Part shown: positions 52,801 to 64,000 of the stretch, one piece after another
Numbering within the stretch: position 1 is the stretch's first letter
Layout: the number at the start of each line of letters is the position of its first letter
DNA from: Callorhinchus milii
Lineage: Eukaryota
Length of the DNA stretch: 64,000 nt
Direction of reading: 5' to 3'
NCBI RefSeq assembly: GCF_018977255.1
Contig: NW_024704742.1
Location: 4,528,001 to 4,592,000 of the forward strand
Program-made: the position numbers and the translations under genes
Notes under the pieces: generated by a model
The model's database searches: none
The model's input: only the letters and a program-made list of their open reading frames with translations
Told to the model about the DNA's origin: nothing

Positions 52801-54575
52801 TAATTAAAAACATTTAAACTGGAGCCTCATCAGATAGATGGATTCAGTCATGGAGTCGGCAACCTATGATCTGCTATTAAAATTTAAACGCAGTGCTCCA
52901 AACAAAGCCCTGATGTCTATTTATACTCTGTGCTGTATAATTCTATGATTCTATGAACTGCCCGGGAATCGAACCCAAGTCTCTTGCTTATGAGACAAGT
53001 GCTCTAACCACTGAGCTACCGGACTCCACGAGTGCGTATGAAGTCTTGAGTTAATTACATTTACCATGATTCAGTGTGTAACCTGCCACCATATGCGGAC
53101 TCATCGAGCAAGTGTATGAATCGCAGGAAATGGATGTTCTTCTGGGCGTGCGTCGACGATGAAGGCTACATTTCCCGTGATTCAATGCTGCTGATAAGGA
53201 TGTAATTTGGAGGCCTCCAGGAAGCACAGGAGTAATGGAGGGTAGGGAGTGGAGTTACGAGTTAAGAGGTGAGAAATACGAGTGGTGCAAAGAACTCTTA
53301 AGTAGTTTTGAAAGGAAACTGAATGGGACTCGGGTGAATGTACAACTTATATAAGAACATAAGAATTTGCTGGCGAAAGAAGGCCAAGGTCCATCTAGTT
53401 CACCTTCCACCGTCCTGGCAGTCACTTGACATGTCATGTCCCAAACTCTACACTGAATCGTGAGATATTATTTTCTAGCAGAAATCTATCTCATTTGTTC
53501 TTGAAAGAAACATTTATGGCTTCCTAGAGATACACTCCTACCTCCAAGTCTATACATGTATCATGTAGAAACCAGAGAATTAGCTCCTACGTGTCGTGTC
53601 TCAAGGCAGAATGGGATCAGATTTTACCCAATCGGTACTTAGCATAAAGGGTTATAGTGTAGGTGATATAAATGAAACTCAAAGTATTCCCTCTGTTTTA
53701 AGTAGTTACATTTTCTGAGCTATTTCTGGGTCTATTGCAATGTTCCTAAGAATGTAGGGGTGAACATGTTTCTCCTTTTGTCTGCTGGACGTCTGATGCA
53801 AGCGGAAACCCATTATACTTATTCAATACAGTCACTACACTTTACAAATACTTTGAGACGATCTCGACTTCATAGGCTAGTGCGTATATCAAATGGAAGG
53901 TTTTCTTTTACTAAACTAATGCGTTCCACATATAATTAGCACTTTATGTATGTTTCATAAAGACTCAATATGTTAATTATTCACATGGAATCTGTTACCA
54001 GAAACTACTGAATGTCTTAAAGCAACAGCTCCAGTCAAAGGCATTCCTCCAGATGCCCAAGTGGAATGATCCCTTAAACCAAAAGTTCCTATTACCGACA
54101 CATCCATTAACTGCTGCACTTTAAGAAAAACTACATTTCGACAGAATTTCTTTTTTTTCCAGGTGACTGTATTTTAGTGGGAGGAAAAGCTTAAACTCCA
54201 TTTAGGCTAAGACAAAATTTGAATCAAAATTAAAAAAAAAAAGGGCTTCTAATAAGTTGCGGCATTGACAAAGATTTAATTACAGCCAATTAAACTCCAG
54301 CAAGCAAAACCCAGGAAAATGACCCCCTGTGGGGATTGTCTGCTGCTACAGATAACAGAGGAACATTTGATTAAAAATGTGGTGTAACTTGTTAAGCCTC
54401 GGTGAAGGATGACGACAAGCCGACATAGAGATCAAACGAGACAAAACCCAAAGGCGTGTCAGTGTCGAGCCTCCGCTATCCGAGTGCAATCTGACCAAGC
54501 CATACGCCGTCATGCTGCGGCTTTTGCAGAATCCAAATCGCACCCTTTAAGTCTGATTCCCGTGCACTCGGAATG

Positions 54576-55017
54576 GTGGAGTTCTGTCGCGCGGTGGTTA
54601 GTTAGTTAGTGAGCTCGCAAGCGAGAGGACCCCGGGGTTCGATTCCGGGTCAGGGCGAAAACCTCAGCCGGGTTTCCTTACGCCGCACTCCTCTGTTTTT
54701 CCTGGCGGTAAGTGGGAACCCGGTTGTTAGTCGATTGGCGGGTCGCTTTTCCAGAGTAATTACCACTTTTTAAAAAAAATTGGTCACTCAATCCACGATT
54801 GTTTGTGGGGACGCTGCTGTGCGCAATTGGCTGCCGCGTTTCGCCCACAAAATACAGTCACTACACTTTACGGTATAAGCGCTCTGGGACGCTATGCTGA
54901 GTGAGGGGCACTCTATAAATGCAAGTTGTTGTTGTATAATCTTTGAGACGTCTCGAAGACGTGATAAGGCGCTATATCAAATGCAAGGATTATTATTATT
55001 ATTATTATTATTATTAT
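54576..55017 (+). mobile_element. SINE subfamily A with an inserted L2-type 3' tail (~54877-54940)
   Basis: Head, A middle, then AGCGCTCTGGGACG...ATAAATGCAAGTTGTTGTTG before the SINE tail resumes. Confidence 0.85.
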
Positions 55018-57499
55018 AATTTTACCAACCTCCGTTGTGGTTCTGTTGGTCAGTGAAACAAGAAGTCAACTCACTTATTTGGATTCATATATCTCACATC
55101 ATTTACTGAGACAATGCTTTAATTTTTAAAAAAATGACATTAGAAGCTGACTATCAAAACCGTGTGTGTTCTTGTCAAACTGTGTTCCCTTTGCCTGACT
55201 CACAGGAACCAGCATTTACCAACCGGCAATGTTTCACATCTGCAGTTTGACGACTGATGTGTGCAGTGTTTGGGATTAGCTCCTCAAAAATACCTCCAGA
55301 ATTATCTGAAACACTGAAGTTGTACATATTCTGACGAGATATTATGGCTTTTGCGTGTTTCCTTTTCACATATTCGTGTGGTTTCAGCTGCTTAGCCATA
55401 AAATCGCTGTCGTTTCCGAATTTGACTACAATATAATGAATGATGCACCAAGAATATCAATACAAGGTATTTTATACCCTTACTTTTTGCGTGTTTTGTG
55501 CCTGCAGTGTTGCTGCTCAGTGTTGGACGCCTGGCACTAGAACGCCAGCAACTTCACGTGTCCTTATGTACAAAGATTACCTGTACTCTTGTACACAATC
55601 AACTGCCCCCGGTACACAATTACATGTTCATGTCGATGCAGCACTAATTCTATATCGACTTTTTACAAAACAAATGAATGAATGTTTTTTTTTTGTTTGT
55701 CTCATACAAAAATGGCAGATTAATTATATTTTTAATAATAAATTCAATAGTAAATGCACTGAATAATGAATCATATTACATTAAACAACAATTACGTATT
55801 TTATAAAGCAATATATGTATTTTACTAAATGGTGAATTGTGCTTATAAAAATATATATATATTATATGGCACTCACGTTATGCACTACATTAAATGACAG
55901 ATGGTGCAGGCTGCATTAAATTGTAGATTATGTACCTATTTACATTGAATAATAAATTTGATATGATTTATAACAATGTGTCGATTACAATCACTGCAGT
56001 AAACGACAGATTGCGTATTTATCCGGTGAAATAAAGAAACGTGGGTGAATGATTTTAAACAGCAGATGAAATTAAACAGTGGCTACTTTTACGATAACTC
56101 GTGTGTTTGAGGCCTGGCATCTCATACGCATTTGTAATTCACACTCAGCTATTCTGCAATTTACTCTGACTTCGATCAGGTTTCTCGTTACGTTGCAGCC
56201 AATGCCATTTAACATGTCACGCGCTTCAGTTTCTTCGGTGGCATTGTTTAAAACAGAACAGCCGGCCGGCTTCGAAACTAAATTCTAACCGTGTGAGAAA
56301 TAATTCTTGATACAAATGCTGCCTGGCGTGTGTGGGAACGAGACGGTTGATGCAACTCGGCGTTTGCATCAAGAGAATATGTTATATAATTATTTTTTTT
56401 ATCTGTAACCTCTGTGCTCCACAGCGTTCTCAAATCTCACTGGTACCACAGCCAGGCCAGACATCCTGGTCCCGAGTGAATGGTATCAAACTCCTCCCGC
56501 CATCAAGATTGTGCAGCGAATGCACAATGCAACATCAACTCACGTTTCAGCTGGGTTTTCATGTTTGAGAATGGTGGAATTTTATTAGACTGTAGGCTGC
56601 TAGACAAGGAGAAATTCGATATCGAATTGATTATTATTATTAATAAAGGTTGGAGCCATTGCTGTCATTATTCAGGGCAGGGTGCGGTGATGGACACTGT
56701 AAAAAGAACCCAGTTATCTATTCAGAGCACAATACAATGTTAGACTGACTTTGCACAGCTGCTTTTCTGTGTACGGATCCAACTGAGCAGACAGTAAGCT
56801 GACTCACAGTACACTCATCCAGGTGAGATGGTTGCAGTAACATTTACTCCAAGTCCAATGAGTGTGAACTACTTAAGGAGATGAGATCACTTATTATATC
56901 ACTGACTGTACGTATCAACACAATTTTCCTTTCCTCTGCTGGCTTCTGAAGATTTCAACGTATGAACATTTTGTCTCCCCTTAATCGTCTTTATTTTCAA
57001 TTGTATTAACACCAATGATTCCATCCTAAAAGAGGGCTGGGGTCATTTTCTATCTTACGCGGAAAAGACGTAGGTATTGGAAGTGGCCTTGCAGCTCGGG
57101 AAGAGGATGGGATTCTGCCAAAGAGCTGAATGCCGGCCTAACTGACCACAGAGTAATCCAGTATATTCCACTTCAGGAGTTTTGCTGTTTTTTTGCCCGT
57201 TAGTTAGACAGTGGTGGCTGGTAATACGGATAAGCATCAACGAGATGAGTGGGAAGAATTCCTGTCTCTCCCCCACCCTTCAAGTCCTACCGATGAGCTT
57301 GTCATCAGCAGTGCCCTGGAATACTGCAGACCTGCTTGGATTAGGAAGAGGGTTTACTTGATTCCAATATTCCCGTTGCCAAGCATTACGTCTGACCTGC
57401 TGGGATCATAGAAAGCGGTCGTGAATGAATAATAAAGCTATAAGGACAGATTGGCAACCAGTCGTATGCTCAATATTACCCACTTCTGCTCCTATGCTT

Positions 57500-58010
57500 T
57501 CTCCTTTGTTCCTAATTCCCACCTTTATCACCTCCCGGCTTCAGTGCCCTCACCAGTTTCCCTCAGTTTTACCTCAGAAGCTCCAGCATACTCAGAACTC
57601 CCCGTATTCATTCTCTCCCGCACTCGGCTCTGTCTACCCATCATCCTCATCCTCACCAGCGTCCACTGGCAGATCAGCTCTTCCTCACTTTTACATCCCT
57701 CTACGCCTTTGCCCAACCTACCTCTTCACTCTCCTCAACCCCCAGCCTTACACTCACTTCCATTTGCTCTGTGTACTCAAGCCTGTCGAAAATCTCTTGT
57801 GCCCTCTGACCCGCTCTGCCTCCCAAAATTCCTCCACCTCACACCCTCTCTCCACGTCTTCGGAACCCTTTTGAAGATCCACCTCATGTGTTATCCGTCT
57901 CTAGACCATCCTCTGTCCCTTTCCCACATTGCCGAATGTGCTACACTATCCATGTTAAGTGCTTCCAGGATAATTTCCTGCATGAAAGTCGCTGCCTAAT
58001 TGCAAGTGGC
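57500..58010 (+). mobile_element. old L2 3' fragment
   Basis: TFITSRL...KLQHTQNS...VHW; pyrimidine-rich. Confidence 0.6.
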
Positions 58011-59154
58011 TGTTGAGAGAGTAAGAAACTTTGTAGAAGTTTCCCCCAAAGTGAATTGTAAATGGAGATCCAAAGAGCATCAATTTCCTGGGTCTCTGTG
58101 ACATGCTTCTCATGACATGAAGGTAATCCCCATTTGCAACTTGAATTTCTTAGGAGGAAATTCTATTTGAAACGGTTGCATTTCATATCCTATTATCTGT
58201 GTCTGTCTCCCTTTTCGTTCTGCGGTGAGATTACTGCAAGCAGTGCATTTTGCTTTTGCCCAGTTATCTAGTCAAGTCTTCAGTGTTGTGCGACCAATAG
58301 GATCACTAATCAGTTCAATCCCGAACAGATGACTGAGGAAATCAGTGGAAGGGGGAAAAAAGGGCCAGGGAAAAGGAATGGGAAGTTTGTAAGCGATTAA
58401 AGCAGGAACAAAAATAATAACGAGACCTGATGCACCAAAAAATAAAAGCAACGTGGGTCACATGAAAGAAAACTTTGTCTGTTAAGGAAGAAGTGGCTGA
58501 CTACATGAATAGCTCTCAGATACTGAAATCTCCAAAGTGAAGCAGAACCAGCAGAGACTGGGAAACACAAAGGCGTATTGAAGGATGGTTTGAGGCCAAA
58601 ACCATTCAGACACAAATGTTTTACAAAACGACAGGCTTCGAAGCTAACTCAGGCAAACGCAAGACAGAGCGTGTATTCTGATATAATGTTCCATGCAGCA
58701 TGTTCTAATCCAATGCTACGTTGCAAACTTTGGTAATTATGATACTGATGACTTATTACCATAGCAGTGATGCTGCAGCATACATAATGCAGGTAATAAT
58801 GCAAAAATAAAAGCACTACATCATAAACCAGATCATTATCTTTGGAATCAGTGCAGTGTTATTAAATCTTCAAAGCCACATTTTGCATTTACTATTCCAC
58901 CGAGGACATATTTCTTTAGATTATTCAGTACTTCAGGGAATCAACATTGAGCCGACAATTACCATCAGATTGTTCCTTAAATCTTCAAGTACTGAACGTC
59001 CTGGGAAAGGCTCAGCACAGCCAGAATTTTACATCATCTCGCAGGCATAGAAAAGTGTTTGTAACACTCAATAATATGGAAAACAATTCAAGAAACACAC
59101 AGCGGAAAAAAAAACCTAATGCTATTTTGTTTATGATTTTCCTGCCATTATTAA

Positions 59155-60952
59155 AGCCTTTAGAGAATTAAGGATAAAGTATTGGAATAATAAGCGCTCA
59201 CAAATATGAAATAGTCTCAAATTCAGTACGAAGAAGCCAGAAATGTTTGGCTCACTAAACTCATTGTTCTATATTCAGTTTCGTAAAATCAGCCTCGCTT
59301 CATCCCACAGGATTGAACGAAAACATGAAATTGCCTGAAAAGTAACTAATTCCCTGGCATCTTAAATGCCTTTTTGTACGTGTATATTTTATTTCATGGT
59401 AATAGTTTTAGTTGGATTTGTCAATCTATTGGCGTGTCTCAAATGTGCATGTGAGCGCCTGTGTGTGTGTGTGCGTGTGATTCTGTAATCTGAACTTCTT
59501 AAATGCAAGTTGCAACGTTTTGTTAAATTTAAGGCATTTCAAGCATGAAACTGGTTTAAACACTCAAATTTATTGAATTTCCTTTTAAATATTATGGACT
59601 TTCCTTCAAGGGTGGATTCAGTAAAATTGGATTCACTTAGAGTGACTTAGAGTCTCAAACAGTGGATCCTGAGAGCCACAAATATTTTGACAGAGCTGAT
59701 TCTACTACAAAAGCTGCTTAGTAACATAGGAGTCTGGGAACAGAGGGAGGCCTTGTAGCCCATTGAACCTGCTCCACCGTGGTCTATTCCGTGGGGTGGT
59801 GGGCGGAGGGAACCGTGAAACTTCTGAGATCATAATAATAATAATAATAATCCTCGCATTTGATATAGCGCTTTTCATGTCTTCGAGACGTCTCAAAGCG
59901 CTTCACAGAATAGACTGTAAAGCGAATTGACTGTATATTTGCAGGCGAAACGCGGCAGCCAATTGCACACAGCAGCGTCCCCACAGTCAGTGGTGGATTG
60001 AAGTGACTAATTTATTATTGGTTTTTTTTGAGGGATTATTATCAGGCGTGTGGAGTAAGGAAACTTGCCCAAGGTTCCGCCCTGCCGGGAATTGCCCAGG
60101 TCTCTCACTTGCAAAGTGAGTGCTTTAACCACTGAGCTTCGGGACTCCACAATCATGCACGTGAAATGCATTCATCTAGAAAAAATCAATTGTGTTTGGA
60201 TAAGAAAGGAAAAGAATACGTTAGTGCAAACAAATGGCATTTAACCATCTGGGCTCAACTCTTCTTTGGCAGGACATTCCTGGCCAACCATCCCCTAATA
60301 AAATTGGATACTTTACTCCATGGCTGTGTACAAATTGGCTTCAGCCTTCACCTGGAGTAGAGTCTCGGAGCAATTGACATTGGCAAGGTCTGACTCTGGG
60401 CCAGGAGAAAGGGCTATCAAAGAAGAAAGTCTTCAGGTGAGAACTAAATACTGTACAGGCAAAGAGGGAATAAAGCACTGGGATCAAGATAGAAAGGTCC
60501 AGAGATTTGGGGCATGGTGGATGAAAGCACAGCCATTCATTATGGAGCGGAGGGATGAGGAACATAGCGAATGACCGAGACGGCTGAGTAGTGGGGTGGA
60601 TAGAGGAGTGGGGTGTGAGCAAGTTGAAGAGGATCTTAAAATCTTCATCAAAATTTAGAGATAACACTTTACCATATATCCTGCTTTAAGAACGCCTTCC
60701 AACGTGAAAAGCACTGTATCAAATGAAAGGATCATTAGTATTATTTACATTCATCCATCAGCAGCCTCTTCCTGTTATGAGACATGTTTCAGAAGTTGAT
60801 CAGGTCACAGCTGTGATGCAACGATTCCAATTGGGTCTCTTGATTTTCGAATGGCCAAAATTTTTTTTGGCTTCCTCCTGCTGAATTTGAGACTATTTAA
60901 TATTTGTGAGCATTCATTATTCCAATACTTTGTCCTTAATTCTCTAAAGGCT
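59155..60952. mobile_element. non-autonomous DNA transposon with ~97-bp TIRs and TTAA flanks (Kolobok-like)
   Basis: TTAA|AGCCTTTAGAGAATTAAGGA... and ...TCCTTAATTCTCTAAAGGCT|TTAA. The arms 59155-59251 and 60855-60952 are inverted copies. Confidence 0.8.
59833..60150 (-). mobile_element. SINE with intermediate A/B structure
   Basis: B-type head and middle deletion, but A-type TCGAA loop. Confidence 0.85.
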
Positions 60953-61789
60953 TTAAGATCTATAACTGGAGATTGTTTTAGCCATTTTGAAGTTATTTTT
61001 TCTTAAACTTTACCTCTGTCTTCAAAATGGAAGCTGGATAGTACAATGAGTTGTAATTTACATTAAGAGAATTAAGAGTAAAATTAAAAATAGGGCAGAG
61101 AGAGAACTGGAAAGAAGCGAACATGGGGGAGAACAGATACCCAAAGAGCAAGCAGGATCATTTAAAAAATGTTTAATTGATATTTGTTTTTCAATTAAAA
61201 TTGCTTGTCAGTGTTTTCTTTGTGTAATTGAGGGTTGATAGTATTTTAATATCAAGTCTGACACTTGAGTAACTGTTTATGTTATATTAACATTTGTATT
61301 AGTGCTGTGCAGTACATGTTGAAAATCTCTAAACCATCCAGTCACTGAACCTACCAATTACCCCGAACCTGTCAATAGTGTAAGTGTTAACCTACTATCG
61401 ATGGTCAATAGATCAGAATGCTGAACATCAGCACTCACAATAACTGATCCTAAGGAAAGACTGGCTAGGGTGGCAGTACTTATACTCCTGCAGGACCATA
61501 CGCATACAATGAATAATAAGGCTCCAAATAATAGATACACCACAGAATCCTATTTGAATGTACACGGACTGGAAGATCAAGTGAATAAATAAAGAAACAA
61601 GGCTTCAATTAAAGTATTTTAGGACCATTATTCTAACTTCAGTGATGGGGAAAGTGTTCAACACTATTTTCTAGAATGGTATTAAAGGTCACCTAAGCCA
61701 CAAAGGATCCAGTGGTGCCGAGCAAAGCTGAAGAGTAATGATGAGCACGTGGAGCCTTGTGTGAGAAGCAATATATTGGAAATAGGAAG

Positions 61790-62075
61790 CCTGTAGTGTG
61801 TTGAATGAGAGAAAATTAACCTTAAATCACAAAAGCAATGGGTGAGTGTTTCTGCTTTGGCAGGGGGAGGAGAGAGGCACAAGAGGACAATGTTCTAGAG
61901 ATGGAAGGAACAGTTTTTGGTGAAGGTCAAGCTGAATACCAAGGTTGCGTACTGGTGCACTAACCTGGAGCGAGCAACCAGACAAAACTGAAACGAGAGC
62001 CAAACAAGATGACTTCAGTTTTGTTGACAATCAGCTGAAGGAATTTAAAATTCAGCCAGGATCTAAGGTCCGAAA
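61790..62075 (-). mobile_element. old L2 ORF2 fragment
   Basis: VRNLGIQLD...AETLTH. Confidence 0.6.
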
Positions 62076-62439
62076 TTTCATCTCATTAAATCATTTGATT
62101 TGATCATTTGATCTTAAAACTTAAGATTGTGTGGAATTGTGGAAATTTCTTAGATTTAGTTTCAATTTGAAAGTTGGTTTTCTAGAGGTCTTGAAAAGCT
62201 GGGGTGAAATTTCAGGCCTTTTGTTCCAGGCCGTCAGATAGTTCTGGAAATGAAGACAGAGGTGGGTGGGTGTGATCCACAATCAAGTGACGACTGACTC
62301 TTATCCTCGGCAGCAATTACTTTTGATTAGAAACCTGGGGCAGAAGCCTCTTCAGGCGATATATTTTTTAAAAATCCTTACATTTGATACAGCGCTTTTA
62401 GTGTCATGTGGCGGTCTCAAAGCACTCCGCAAAATAAAT

Positions 62440-63200
62440 CGGATAATTTGCCTGAATTACCAGCAAACATTTGACAATGTTCCATACGTGAGACTTTATT
62501 GGCGAAGAAATAGAAAGCAGGAAGTGATGGTCAATGGGAAAAGCTGCAGTTCTGGAGGAGCCAGTCTGGATTATTGACTGTTGGATCCAATCACATTTTC
62601 AAGATGGAAGTAGATAAATATTTGTTAGGTCGGGTGTCTATGTATTAAGGGATGTATTATTTCTATGTATTATAGCCCCTGTCTATGTATTTACACCTCC
62701 TGTGTCTATGTATTAAGGGATATGGAGCAAGGCCGGGTAACTGCACCTGAGGTACAGATCAGCCACGAACTTATAGAATGGCGGAACAGGCTCGAGGGGC
62801 TGAAAAGCCTCCTCCTGTGTCTGTGTTTATACTTTTCAAAAATCATTTGAGGATGCGTACTTTTTATTATTACTCCGTTATTGTCTGATACCAATTCATG
62901 TGGTTAGGAGGCCAATGAAAAGGGAATTGCTAACATTCAAAAGGACCTGCATCTCTCCAGGGAACGGGCTATGAAATAACCCATTGTAGGTAATAGATTT
63001 TTATTGAAGGTAATTGTAATGTAATGCACACTAGAACAAGAAACATGAAACATTTCCAGTTTGATGCCTTTCTATTAGCAAGGAGGAAAAAGGGAAAGGA
63101 TTTGGGTGTGGTTACTGACCATTCACTGAGTGTTTCCACTCAATTGAAGTCTTTATTAACAAAGCTAATTAAATATCTTCTGCGCAATTGATTCTAAGTA
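62440..63200 (+). mobile_element. decayed CR1 fragments
   Basis: TFDNVP, RKQEVMVNG, a CR1 3' UTR piece, and KDLGV-like motifs. Confidence 0.55.
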
Positions 63201-63894
63201 GAGCCAGATTATTTTAACCCTCTATTAACTCACTGATGAGGGTATAATTTTGGAGGCAATTTGCAGGGTTTTTTTAAAAACAGGATTTATTAATGTATAA
63301 ATCTGGAATTCCTGGAAATCTGATTTTCAGGAACACTCCAAAACATTGTACTTTCCCAGTGGGGTTCCGCCAACTTGGCATAATACTGGTAATATAGTTC
63401 TAATAATCGTTAGAATCGTTGCATTTGATATAGCGCCTTATGACATTGTTGAGACGTCTCAAAGTACTTCACAGGATTTATTATGTGATGGATTGACTGT
63501 GTATTTGGTGATTGCTGCTAAGTTTTCTTCATTAAGAAATCCTGATAAGGCCATTTGTGTGCAATGTAAGAGATAGTAAAGATGTAAATAAATGATCTAA
63601 TCAAACTATGATCGTAGAACTAAAGCATTCAAATAGAATATTAATACATTTTAAGTGAGGCTAGAAGTTAGATCTCCCTACAGTGCACTGGATATATGGC
63701 ATAGAGTTTGAATAAACCAGTTAGTAACAGTTAATCTGTGTGGCTCAGTGATTATATGGTCAGAATTAAAATAAGCACAATTTCTATATCGATGATCAAA
63801 TGTTCCATTAAACACTTCTGTAGTGACTGCCCTGGAAGATGGTCGGATGTATCTCAGGAGAGCAAGAGGAAACTTTGTAATTGTTTCTGAAGAG

Positions 63895-63926
<32 letters not shown>

Positions 63927-64000
63927 CCTTGCATTTGATATAGCGCTTTTCACGTCGGGAGGACGTCCCAAAGCGCTTCACAGAACACACTGTAAAGTGA
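63895..64000 (-). mobile_element. SINE subfamily B, 3' part (cut by window edge)
   Basis: (AAT)n followed by the B-type tail CACGTCGGGAGGACGTCCC. Confidence 0.9.

Overview
This is vertebrate, repeat-rich genomic DNA. The SINE, L2, CR1 and Penelope landscape looks chondrichthyan, probably a holocephalan such as Callorhinchus; that is an inference from remembered repeat consensus sequences, not a search. One host gene is well supported: a 4-coding-exon, minus-strand gene (27964->22435) encoding an 89-aa single-LIM CRIP-family protein, MISYCPICGKPVYFAERKRSLGKDYHPLCLKCYRCKRQLNPGQHAEYDEKPYCNRCYLQHFGQRGRQPATRASLGATGSSVAVEDQRST. The ORF track misses it because it is spliced. The rest of the window holds about 25 tRNA-derived/Deu-type SINE copies (old and young subfamilies), decayed L2 and CR1 LINE pieces, Harbinger transposase fossils, a TTAA-flanked element with ~97-bp TIRs (Kolobok-like), three small hairpin/MITE families, a Penelope-type palindrome with a hammerhead-ribozyme remnant, and microsatellites. 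I found no evidence for a large novel multi-gene system. The most notable signals are the CRIP-like paralog and a SINE 3' stem-loop switch toward the loop carried by the local L2.
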